From the NCBI GenBank assembly GCA_043741135.1, contig JAYUAU010000098.1:17368-81367 (forward strand): a stretch of 64,000 bases of DNA, in the 5' to 3' direction. This stretch comes from Sphingomonadales bacterium. GTDB taxonomy: Bacteria; Pseudomonadota; Alphaproteobacteria; Sphingomonadales; Sphingomonadaceae. The translations under genes were made by a program, and so were the position numbers. Shown here piece by piece: positions 47,958 through 56,780 of this stretch (the stretch's first letter is position 1; each line of letters opens with the position of its first letter). The notes below the pieces were generated by a model. The model worked only from the letters and a program-made list of their open reading frames with translations, made no database searches and had not been told where the DNA came from.

Positions 47958-49627
47958 AGATCAAGGCCCTTTTGCGCGCCGGGTTGATGCGATGCCCGAA
48001 CGTCGACGCGCGCAGCGCGCCGGTTGACCGAGGCAAGCGGGGGCAACTTTGCACCAGACCCGTGGAAAAAATCGGCTGGCGTCAGAATTTGCAAGCGGGG
48101 GAAGCGACCAAATTCATTCTCGTGCATTCCCGCAGCCGCTGCCTCTGCAACCATGGGTCGCGTTGGTTCATACGCGGAGAGGAAAAGGCCAAAGTCATAG
48201 TTTTCGCGCTCCAGCACGCCGCGCAAATCGCGCAGCATGGCAACGCCAATATTCTTGCCAGCCTTGACTGAGATAACACCAGTCGTTGTTTCCCGTGAAT
48301 TTTGATAAGGATAGAAATGGCCGTCAATGCCACGATCAGCGCCTTTGCGACCGCCATCAAGCGGATAGCCGCCGACTTTGAGGCAAAACCAATTCTGAAA
48401 CTCATGTGGCTTCTCGCCAGCCAAGCGCAGCGCCGAATCCTTGTCTTTGGGACTGCCGATGGTCTCGAACGGCAAATCATCGCCATAGCCCTCACGCATC
48501 CGTTTTTCGATCAGGCCGATTGCGAGGTGGGTTACGTCAATCCCGACCCAGCTTCGGCCTAGTTTTTGCGCGGCATCAACGGCGGTGCCGCACCCGCAAA
48601 AGGGATCAAGCACCACATCGCCGGGGTTCGACGAAGCGGCGATGATTCGTTCGAGCAGCGCGCGGGGTTTTTGCGTGGGGTAGCCGAGGCGTTCTTGGGC
48701 TTGCGATGAGATTGGCCCTATGTCCGTAATCATATCCTGAACAGGTGCGCCGCGATCATTTTCGAGGTAGCGCTTAAATTGAGGCACTTTCCCTTTCGGG
48801 GGCCAATAAATGAGCCCAAGCCTATCAAGTCGATCAAGCTTATCTTGTGGCGAGAGTGTTTCAAAATCGCCGTTAATACCCGCCCTACGAATAGCACCAG
48901 TTGGTATTGCCCAATGACGACCAGATGTTGTCGGATCATAGTCGCGCCATGCTTTTCCAGAATCACCCTTACGAACACCCGCGCCGGTTAAATCACCAAT
49001 GCGATAGCGGCCATTTTCATCTTCAAACCTGTAAAAACGGTCGAGATATTTTTCATCATATGACTCGAATACCTCGTTCCAAACCGACGAGTCGTTTTTG
49101 ACATAGTAGAAAATTGTGTCGTGAACTGGCCCCCAGCGTTTGGCGCTATTATGGCTTGAAGTGCGTTTCCAAATGATCTCACTACGATAATGTTCCGGCC
49201 CAAACACCGCATCGAGCACCAGTTTCAAATAATGGCTCGCCGTCGGGTCGCAGTGTAAATAGAGCGAACCTGTCGGCTTCAGCACCCTGTGCAATTCCAC
49301 CAACCGCACTGCCATCATCGCGAGATAGGCCATCATCGCATTTTCGCCGATCGCGGTTTTCATTGCCTGCATCAATACGTGGAGCTTGTGATTGCCGCTC
49401 TGTGTGATGTCCATCAGCGCGCTTGATGCCGTTGGCCCCCACGCCCATGTATCGTCAAACGCCTCAATGCTCGCGTCGGCGCCTGCCCCTGCGGGCGATT
49501 TGAACAATATGTTGTAACTTGCGTTGCTGTTAAACGGCGGATCAAGATAGATCAGGTCAACCGACTCGTCGGCCAAATGCTCGCGCATCACATCAAGGTT
49601 ATCGCCGTAATAGAGCTTGTTGGTCAT
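47954..49627 (-). CDS. beta-class N6-adenine/N4-cytosine DNA methyltransferase fused to a C-terminal Mrr-like PD-(D/E)xK domain
   Basis: Motif IV near the N-terminus ([12 protein letters not shown]) and motif I late ([28 protein letters not shown]) give the beta permutation. C-terminal about 140 aa: [11 protein letters not shown]...[24 protein letters not shown] resembles the Mrr catalytic-domain pattern. Confidence 0.85.
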   Translation of the reverse strand: MTNKLYYGDNLDVMREHLADESVDLIYLDPPFNSNASYNILFKSPAGAGADASIEAFDDTWAWGPTASSALMDITQSGNHKLHVLMQAMKTAIGENAMMAYLAMMAVRLVELHRVLKPTGSLYLHCDPTASHYLKLVLDAVFGPEHYRSEIIWKRTSSHNSAKRWGPVHDTIFYYVKNDSSVWNEVFESYDEKYLDRFYRFEDENGRYRIGDLTGAGVRKGDSGKAWRDYDPTTSGRHWAIPTGAIRRAGINGDFETLSPQDKLDRLDRLGLIYWPPKGKVPQFKRYLENDRGAPVQDMITDIGPISSQAQERLGYPTQKPRALLERIIAASSNPGDVVLDPFCGCGTAVDAAQKLGRSWVGIDVTHLAIGLIEKRMREGYGDDLPFETIGSPKDKDSALRLAGEKPHEFQNWFCLKVGGYPLDGGRKGADRGIDGHFYPYQNSRETTTGVISVKAGKNIGVAMLRDLRGVLERENYDFGLFLSAYEPTRPMVAEAAAAGMHENEFGRFPRLQILTPADFFHGSGAKLPPLASVNRRAARVDVRASHQPGAQKGLDL

Positions 49628-49700
49628 ACCGTTCTTTTGACGAATAAGCCGCGTTCGTGCAAGGCACTCGCGCTGTGCTCGCGGGAGACGAAGTGAAAAT

Positions 49701-50119
49701 CGCCAGAGGGTCTATAAGCCGGGTTTTGTCCTCACCTTGCGGCGATGTGCGACCATTCCTCTAGGGCGGGGATTACTCCCAGCCTCAAGCAATCAACCCG
49801 GACGACGGGGAGGAGGATCCCATTTGGGCACCCAAAAAAGTATTACTTTTTTGGGACCCTCTGCCGTCCCTATTCGATCTTGCTCCCGGTGGGGTTTACC
49901 GTGCCGCTTCTGTTGCCAGAAGCGCGGTGCGCTCTTACCGCACCGTTTCGACCTTACCGGCCCGAAAGCGCGGCGGTTTATTTTCTGTGGCACTATCCCT
50001 CAGGCGTTTGATTGCTCTCTGGCCTGGCCGGGCGTTACCCGGCACCGTTCCTCGCTGGAGCCCGGACTTTCCTCCCCCACGCAGATACCCACATAGCGGC
50101 GGTCGCCCAACCCTCTGGC
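49701..50119 (-). ncRNA. rnpB: RNase P RNA, bacterial class A
   Basis: Minus strand reads GGGAGGAAAGTCCGGGCTCC, GTGCCACAGAAAA, GGTGCGGTAAGAGCGCACC, CACGGTAAACCCCACCGGGAGCAAG, ACAAAACCCGGCTTATAG. P1 pairs GCCAGAGGGT (5') with ACCCTCTGGC (3'). Confidence 0.9.
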
Positions 50120-50168
50120 AAAGTGTGCCTAGCTTGATTAGGGGGTAGCGGTCAATAAGGGGGATGCA

Positions 50169-50654
50169 GTGATGACGGATAAAGGCTTATCAATTGTCGA
50201 GTTTGCTGACGATTTGGCTCAACAATTCTACGATATCAACGCGCAGTGGATCGAAAGCATGTTCGTGCTTGAAGACCATGATGCGCACGTGCTTTCGCAT
50301 CCGCGCGGAGTGATTATCGAACCCGGCGGCGTCATCCTGTTCGTTGCCACGCCGGCACTCGGCATCGTTGGTACCTGCGCTTTAATGAAAAGCGGCGAGG
50401 ATGAATATGAGCTCACCAAAATGGGTGTGCTTGAAAGTGCGCGCGGGCTGAAAGCAGGTGAGTTTCTGCTTGAAGCGATCATTACCCGCGCTCGCGATAT
50501 GGGGGTGAAACAGCTCTATTTGCTCACCAGCAGCAAATGTGAGGCAGCAATCCATCTTTATGAAAAGCTAGGCTTTGTGCACAGCAAGGCGATCATGGAT
50601 AAATATGGTGCGCGATATCAGCGCTGCAATGTGGCGATGGACTATTGCTTTTGA
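50169..50654 (+). CDS. GNAT family N-acetyltransferase
   Basis: 161 aa. MGVLESARGLKAGEFLLEAII is acetyl-CoA motif A, followed by AIHLYEKLGF. Confidence 0.8.
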   Translation: MMTDKGLSIVEFADDLAQQFYDINAQWIESMFVLEDHDAHVLSHPRGVIIEPGGVILFVATPALGIVGTCALMKSGEDEYELTKMGVLESARGLKAGEFLLEAIITRARDMGVKQLYLLTSSKCEAAIHLYEKLGFVHSKAIMDKYGARYQRCNVAMDYCF

Positions 50655-52168
50655 AGTCGTGAACGACCCTGCTTGCTCGCAATAAACACCGCGACATTGC
50701 CGAAGATCAGCCGGTTAACCGATAGCCCGATTATAACTGATGAAGCGAGCACTATCACCATTACATCGATATAGTGCAGCCACGGCAACCCCATGTGCTG
50801 GTAGACTGTCTCGCCCGGATAGATCATGCCGGGTTCGTAAAGAACGAAGTTATGGAAAGCATAAGCGAGAGCGCCAAAGATAAGCCCCGCTACCGCCGCG
50901 CGCGCGTCAACGTTTCGGAACAGCAGTCCGGTGATGAAGGCTGAGAGGATCGGCATTGAGAGCAACCCGTTCAACTGCTGAAGCAAGTTGATGATGCTCT
51001 TGGCATTTTCAAACGCGGGGACGAGCGCGATTGAGGTGATCGTCAGGATCACTGAAACAATCGCCGCGAGCCGCCAGTGATTGGCAACGGGCCTCACAAA
51101 CTTATCATGGAAATCAATCGAATAGAGCGCGACCGAGCTGTTGAGAATAGCCGAGGTATGCGCAATCACCGCAGCCGCCATCATCGCAGCAAACGCGCCC
51201 GACATCCAGTCAGGCAAAACGCTGCCGACGAGCCGACCATAAGCTTCATCGCCGATGCTGCCAAACAGCTTATAAGCGACCACACCAGGCACGACGACAA
51301 TCGCAGGAATGATCAGGATGCGGACAGCGGCAGCGGCGAGCACGCCTTTTTGCGCTTCACGCACCGTCGGCGCTGTCATCGCTTTTTGCGTGATGTTCTG
51401 ATTGGTCGACCAATAGAAAATCTGGATGAAGATCATGCCGGTAAACAAGGTATGGAAGGGTATCGGAGAGGTGATGCTGCCGATCATCGAAATGCGCTCT
51501 GCGGGGACTGTGGATAAGTCAAAATCAACCGCTGCGAGCGCAAGGATCACGACGAGGAACGCAATTGCGAGCACACCAATTCCTGAATATGTATCCATCA
51601 CCGCCACCGCGCGTAAGCCTCCGGTGATCGTATAGAGCGCGGCAATGATCGCCATTGGGGCGGCAAACCAGATGAGCGACCAATCAACGCCGAACATTGA
51701 TCGCATGAACAGGCTGCCCGAATAAAGCGCGGCGGGGAGGTAAATGAGGATATTGCCGATGAGAAACAGGAACGAAATCACTGTGCGAATGCTGCCGCCC
51801 TGATATCGCTTTTCAAGCAGCTCAGTCACCGTTGTGCAGTGATTGCGATAATAAATCGGCACGAACACAAAGGCGAGGATCATTAGCCCGAAAAAGCCGC
51901 AAATCTCCCACCACGCGAGCAACAGCATCTGATTGCCGTTCATCCCCACCAATTGCTCAGTCGATAGATTGGTGAGTGTTATTGACCCTGCGACAAACAG
52001 CCATGTCAGCCCGCCGCCTGCTAGAAACACCTCACGCGTGGTGCCTGCCTCACTCGTCCGCGCGGCACCCTTGCCGTGAACTTTCCAATAAGTGAGCAGC
52101 GCGATGAGCGCGGTTAGAGCGAAAAAGATCGCAATCTGCAACGCTGACGAATGGCCACTAAACATCAA
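50642..52168 (-). CDS. sodium:solute symporter (SSS) family transporter
   Basis: 508 aa, about 13 TM. FLAGGGLTWLFVAGSITLTNLSTEQLVGMNG and GGLRAVAVMDTYSGIG are SSF-type blocks. Confidence 0.85.
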   Translation of the reverse strand: MMFSGHSSALQIAIFFALTALIALLTYWKVHGKGAARTSEAGTTREVFLAGGGLTWLFVAGSITLTNLSTEQLVGMNGNQMLLLAWWEICGFFGLMILAFVFVPIYYRNHCTTVTELLEKRYQGGSIRTVISFLFLIGNILIYLPAALYSGSLFMRSMFGVDWSLIWFAAPMAIIAALYTITGGLRAVAVMDTYSGIGVLAIAFLVVILALAAVDFDLSTVPAERISMIGSITSPIPFHTLFTGMIFIQIFYWSTNQNITQKAMTAPTVREAQKGVLAAAAVRILIIPAIVVVPGVVAYKLFGSIGDEAYGRLVGSVLPDWMSGAFAAMMAAAVIAHTSAILNSSVALYSIDFHDKFVRPVANHWRLAAIVSVILTITSIALVPAFENAKSIINLLQQLNGLLSMPILSAFITGLLFRNVDARAAVAGLIFGALAYAFHNFVLYEPGMIYPGETVYQHMGLPWLHYIDVMVIVLASSVIIGLSVNRLIFGNVAVFIASKQGRSRLQKQ

Positions 52169-52453
52169 ACACTCCCCTTTGGCGCGTCGTTAGATTTTGC
52201 ACGCCCTGTGATGCCACGCTAGCTTGATTTTCGCGAATGGCAACCAGCGTGTGAGTGGACGTAACTTGTGGCCCGGACAACTGACTTCGTCACTATTGTC
52301 ATACCCTCAAAACAGCGTTTATACCTCTAGCATAACATTTCGACTCACCGCTCAAATTTGAGCGTGTTGCGTAACCGGGGCCGATGATAGGTCGCACCGT
52401 GTAATTGTCGCTTAGTCGTGCGTTCGAAATCACACACCAAGTAGGAGAGAGTT

Positions 52454-52912
52454 ATGAAAAAGCTAGCCATATTGTGCGTCATTGCCGCCGTCGCGCTCAG
52501 CGCGACTCCCGCATATGCGCAAACCCTTACGTTTCAATCACAAGACAAGGAGGTTGTTACGAACGGAGGGGTCAGGCCAGATGGCACTGCCTTTGGCGGG
52601 CGATATTCAACAGGAACGGCCGATATGGTCTGGGCCGATGGCACCAAAATGACTGAGAGCTATAAGTGCATCGGCGTTACGATGCCGCCTAATGATACCA
52701 CCTACAACGCGCGCACGATATGCGAAAATAGTGGAGCGAACGGCGCGAGCGCGGTAATTTGGGGATGCACCTCACCTGACAAGGTGACCAAGGAAATGGT
52801 CTGCACTGGCTGGGCATTTGGCAAATCGGGCAAATATGCCGGTCGTCGCGGAACAATGACATTCCGCGGTCTCGGTGATAAAGGCAGTGGCACAGGACAG
52901 TGGGGTAACTAA
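52454..52912 (+). CDS. small secreted Cys-containing hypothetical protein
   Basis: Good RBS (AGGAGAG), signal peptide MKKLAILCVIAAVALSATPAYAQ, 4 Cys in the mature part. No recognisable family. Confidence 0.55.
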   Translation: MKKLAILCVIAAVALSATPAYAQTLTFQSQDKEVVTNGGVRPDGTAFGGRYSTGTADMVWADGTKMTESYKCIGVTMPPNDTTYNARTICENSGANGASAVIWGCTSPDKVTKEMVCTGWAFGKSGKYAGRRGTMTFRGLGDKGSGTGQWGN

Positions 52913-52998
52913 AATCGAGTGGGTCACGCAAGGGTTTGCTTGATCGTCATTCTCCCCGGGTTAGGCTCGGGGAGGATGAAAATGCGGCACCATAATAT

Positions 52999-53055
52999 GG
53001 ATTGCTTCGCTTGCGCTCGCAAAGACGAAATGGGTTCACATCAATGCAAGTTGGT
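52999..53055. repeat. variant half-repeat with 33-bp tail (copy E2)
   Basis: GGATTGCTTCGCTTGCGCTCGCAAAGACGAAATGGGTTCACATCAATGCAAGTTGGT. Ends exactly at the LysR stop codon. Preceded by hairpin CTCCCCGGGTTAGGCTCGGGGAG. Confidence 0.85.
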
Positions 53056-54045
53056 CTAAGGCGCGCCCATCGCTGGCCAAATGAGTTGATCTGCCAACCA
53101 CGGAAATTGCGCGATGATTGGCGGAAATGTCTGATCGCGCAAAACGTGCGTTGCAAGCTGAGCGGTTTTTCGCGGTAAATCGCCAAGCTCCCCAGTACGC
53201 GCAACAATTTGAACTTGGCGCGCAAACCGTCCGCGTGTCATCGGCAATATCTCAACGTGGTTTAAAAGATTGGGCGCGGCGGCAAGGCAAACCGGCGTGG
53301 TGATCGTCCAGCCAAGCCCCGCTGCCACCAATGCCATTTGCTGATGCGACGATTCAATTTCAACGATCTGCGGTAGTTTTAACTTCATCCGCACAATCTG
53401 GCGCTCAATCTGCTGGCCCATGCCGGTTGACCGCGAGAACCGGATGAAAGGCAAGTCTGGTATTGCGTTGCCTAGATCAACGGGCCCAGCGTAACCTTTC
53501 GGAAACACGAGGACGAAGCATTCTTCAAAAATGGGATGAAGTTCAACATTATCGCGGTGTTCAAGGTTGAAACTGCCGCTCACGAGCATATCGATATCAC
53601 GGCTGAGAAATTCATCCTGATGCTCAAGCGAAATGCCAGACCTGATCGTCCAGCGCCCAGCGTGCGGCCCAAGCGACTTGAGGATCGGCACTGTCAATTG
53701 ATTTGCTAGGCTGAACGACAGCGCCACGGTGACGCTTGATATGGGGAGATCAGCACCAGCACGCACATCATCATAAGTTGACCGCGCTTGTGTGATCAGC
53801 GCCTTTCCGCGTTCGAATAAGGATTTTCCACTCGCGGTCAGGCCAAGCGGGCGCATCGTGCGATCAAACAGTGCGGCCCCGATGCCGCTTTCAAGCTTGG
53901 CGATGGTTTGCGAGACTGCGGACTGCGTTACCTGCAAGTGTGACGCGCACTGCGACATGCCGCCGAGTTCGACGGTCATCACAAACACCTCTAGCGCGTG
54001 AAGATCAAATTCCTGCGGTAGTTTCACTGGCTTCGCTGACCCCAT
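53056..54045 (-). CDS. LysR family transcriptional regulator
   Basis: LHALEVFVMTVELGGMSQCASHLQVTQSAVSQTIAKLE (HTH_1), followed by a LysR substrate-binding domain. Confidence 0.9.
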   Translation of the reverse strand: MGSAKPVKLPQEFDLHALEVFVMTVELGGMSQCASHLQVTQSAVSQTIAKLESGIGAALFDRTMRPLGLTASGKSLFERGKALITQARSTYDDVRAGADLPISSVTVALSFSLANQLTVPILKSLGPHAGRWTIRSGISLEHQDEFLSRDIDMLVSGSFNLEHRDNVELHPIFEECFVLVFPKGYAGPVDLGNAIPDLPFIRFSRSTGMGQQIERQIVRMKLKLPQIVEIESSHQQMALVAAGLGWTITTPVCLAAAPNLLNHVEILPMTRGRFARQVQIVARTGELGDLPRKTAQLATHVLRDQTFPPIIAQFPWLADQLIWPAMGAP

Positions 54046-54145
54046 TGGCTCGCCTGCTGTCAGCGAGCACTATAACACATGCTAATGGTTAAACGGGTCA
54101 GATGGTAATTGTCCTATGCATTTTCGATATGAGATTAGAATTCTC

Positions 54146-55309
54146 TTACGGGCGCGGCGGGTGCGTGGCCTTCCATTCCATCGCGCTGCGCACACGCCGT
54201 TCGACCGATGGGTGCGTGTAAAACACGGCTTCAGCAAGCGGGTGTGGCCTAGGATTGCGGTACTCAGCAGTTTTGACAAGCGCTGCGGACAAAGCGTCAG
54301 GCAAGTTCACAGTGCGCAGCGAATAAGCGTCGGCCTCGCTTTCGCCTAAGCGCGTCACCGCGTTCGTCACGGGCAAGGCAAAAAGCGAGAGCAAAGATAC
54401 GATAAAGAGCAGAACGGGGAACCCCACCGGATCAGCAATCGTCGCCTTGCTTCCGAGTAGCCGTGCGACGCGGCCAAAGAGCCGGTCAGCAAGGAAGAAC
54501 AGCAGAATAGCCAGCAAGCTAAGCACAGCCACTGACCGCCAGACATGACCGAGCACATAATGGCCAATCTCATGGCCCGTGACCGCTTTCACTTCATCAA
54601 GCGAGGCTTTACCGAGTGCAACATCGGATATTGCAATCCGCGCACTGCCGAGCACGCCTGAAACATTGGCGGTGAAATTATTCGATTGGCGTGATCCATT
54701 AAAGACGAAAATCCGATCATGCGGAATTTTGGCCTCGTCAGCCATTGTTTCCAGTGCCGCACGCACCGGCCCTTGGGGAACAGGGTTATAATCATTGAAC
54801 AACGGCTCAATCAATATTGGTGACAGCAATAGCATCACCGAAATGGCAAAAGCAGCCAGCCCGCCCGACCACAACCACCATGTCCGACCCGCCTTTCGAA
54901 TGAGCGCATAGATGCCAAGGAAGAAGAACCCGCCAAGCAGCGCAGTGATGATCAGACTGATCGCGCCTTGCGACAAGAAATCAGTTAGCGGCTGGCTTGA
55001 GTGGCCATAGCTCTTTTCGCGCCACCAGTCAGTGTAAATGTCCCACGGCAAGGTGATCAGCGCCGCGATCAACAGAAATGCCGCGCAAATCGCCCATGTG
55101 CGCAGCGCAAAGCCGCGCGTGGCGAGCTTGGCGGAGAGTTTGTCAAGGATGCCAAACCTGATCACGATCCAACTGGCAAGGCCTGAAACGACCAGCCCCC
55201 ATAACAACAGCCAGTGCCCACCCGCTGAATAAGCCGCAGCTTTGGCAAGCGCACTAGCGCCAAGTCCGTCAATATAAGCAGCAGTGGCAGTGGCTGGATC
55301 AAATGTCAT
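54146..55309 (-). CDS. M48 family zinc metallopeptidase (Ste24/HtpX-like), membrane-bound
   Basis: Several TM helices, HEIGHYVLGH (HExxH), and a downstream ESEADAYS third-ligand block. Confidence 0.85.
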   Translation of the reverse strand: MTFDPATATAAYIDGLGASALAKAAAYSAGGHWLLLWGLVVSGLASWIVIRFGILDKLSAKLATRGFALRTWAICAAFLLIAALITLPWDIYTDWWREKSYGHSSQPLTDFLSQGAISLIITALLGGFFFLGIYALIRKAGRTWWLWSGGLAAFAISVMLLLSPILIEPLFNDYNPVPQGPVRAALETMADEAKIPHDRIFVFNGSRQSNNFTANVSGVLGSARIAISDVALGKASLDEVKAVTGHEIGHYVLGHVWRSVAVLSLLAILLFFLADRLFGRVARLLGSKATIADPVGFPVLLFIVSLLSLFALPVTNAVTRLGESEADAYSLRTVNLPDALSAALVKTAEYRNPRPHPLAEAVFYTHPSVERRVRSAMEWKATHPPRP

Positions 55310-55452
55310 TTCCAGGGTTCCCCTATGTCTTGCGTGTTGCAGGGATAATACACACTATGCGTGCCGAGGCAATCGCCGCCTCACGAGGTAAATTTGGGCA
55401 GGTGCGCGCGTTAATCCTATGTTGATCTAGGCGCGGCTATCTTGCGCCAGAG

Positions 55453-56043
55453 ATGAATATGGCAACCAAAATTGGCGATTTTTCGCGCGACGATGTCGAA
55501 CGCATTGTTGTTGAAAATGAAGCGCTTGGCGCGATGCTGATCGAGATGCGCGCGCGAATCACGATGCTTGAGACACTCGCGGATACTGATCCGCTCGTTC
55601 CTCTGCCCAATCGCCGTGCTTTTTACCGTGCGGTTCGCGCGGCGATTGCCGAAGTTTCTGAAGACGGTATTTCGGTCGCCTTGTTGTTCATCGATCTTGA
55701 TGGGCTGAAAAGCGTCAATGATCGCTTTGGCCACCATGCGGGCGATACACTGCTTCGTCATATCGCGGGATTGCTCGGCGCTGGGCTGGGGCAAGGCGAA
55801 ATTGCGGCGCGCTGTGGTGGCGATGAATTTGGGATGCTGCTCAGCGGGTGCGATAAGCAAACCGCGCGCGAACGAGCGTGTGAATTATCGCAAAAGATTT
55901 CCGCCACTTCACTGATGATTGGTGAAGCAGAGATTTTTCCGGTGGTGAGCTTTGGCCTTGCTATGGTGCGCGGGCAGGATACCCCCGAAAGTGTGATCGC
56001 GCGCGCCGATGCCGCCATGTATGCCTACCGATCAGCGAGATAA
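55453..56043 (+). CDS. GGDEF-domain diguanylate cyclase with short coiled-coil N-terminus
   Basis: [46 protein letters not shown]. 196 aa with no sensor domain. Confidence 0.85.
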   Translation: MNMATKIGDFSRDDVERIVVENEALGAMLIEMRARITMLETLADTDPLVPLPNRRAFYRAVRAAIAEVSEDGISVALLFIDLDGLKSVNDRFGHHAGDTLLRHIAGLLGAGLGQGEIAARCGGDEFGMLLSGCDKQTARERACELSQKISATSLMIGEAEIFPVVSFGLAMVRGQDTPESVIARADAAMYAYRSAR

Positions 56044-56711
56044 TAGCGATCAAGCGCCGCCAGATTATCATCAAGTTCATAAACGATGGGTTGTCCTGTG
56101 GGGATTTCGAGGCTGGTAATCTCATCATCAGCGATATTTGAAAGATGCTTGACGAGTGCGCGCAAAGAATTGCCATGCGCTGATATCAGCACGCGCTTAC
56201 CAGCCTGAAGCTCAGGCGCAATGCGGCGCTCCCAATAGGGGAGAACGCGGTCTATCGTATCTTTGAGACTCTCGGTATTAGGGATTGCGATCCCTGCATA
56301 ACGGCGGTCAGCTGACAGATCATAAGCGCTACCCGCTTCCAGTGGCGGTGGCGGGATATCGAACGAACGGCGCCAGATATGGACTTGCGCATCACCGTGT
56401 TTGGCGGCGGTTTCGGCCTTGTTAAGCCCCGTCAGCCCACCGTAATGGCGTTCATTCAAGTGCCAATCCTTTTCAACGGGCAGCCACAGCCGCCCCATTT
56501 CTTCGAGCGCCAGATTGAGCGTCTTGATCGCGCGGCTTTGGAGTGATGTGAAGCAGTGATCAAAATCGAGCCCCTTATTGCGCATCAACTGCCCCGCCGC
56601 CCGCGCTTCGCCGACGCCCTTTTCAGTTACATCAACATCCCACCAGCCAGTAAAGCGGTTTTCAAGGTTCCAGCTCGATTGGCCGTGACGGATGAGAACG
56701 AGGGTGGGCAT
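56025..56711 (-). CDS. gpmA: 2,3-bisphosphoglycerate-dependent phosphoglycerate mutase
   Basis: [53 protein letters not shown]. Confidence 0.9.
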   Translation of the reverse strand: MPTLVLIRHGQSSWNLENRFTGWWDVDVTEKGVGEARAAGQLMRNKGLDFDHCFTSLQSRAIKTLNLALEEMGRLWLPVEKDWHLNERHYGGLTGLNKAETAAKHGDAQVHIWRRSFDIPPPPLEAGSAYDLSADRRYAGIAIPNTESLKDTIDRVLPYWERRIAPELQAGKRVLISAHGNSLRALVKHLSNIADDEITSLEIPTGQPIVYELDDNLAALDRYYLADR

Positions 56712-56780
56712 GGGGGGGACTCCAATCTAGGAAAGTGCTCATCCCGCTAGATCAAATCTAAATGCGGTGCCAGTCGTCGT

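Noticed and set aside
49694-49703. 10-nt match (TGAAAATCGC) between the rnpB 3' end and the core of the island direct repeats, considered as an att-site duplication.
   Set aside because: The match is in inverted, not direct, orientation relative to the repeats and is only 10 nt long. A chance match cannot be excluded.
49737-50148. Several 60-120-aa ORFs on both strands (49737-50096, 49745-50011, 49793-49993, 49927-50148).
   Set aside because: They lie entirely within the RNase P RNA gene, whose conserved blocks are unambiguous.
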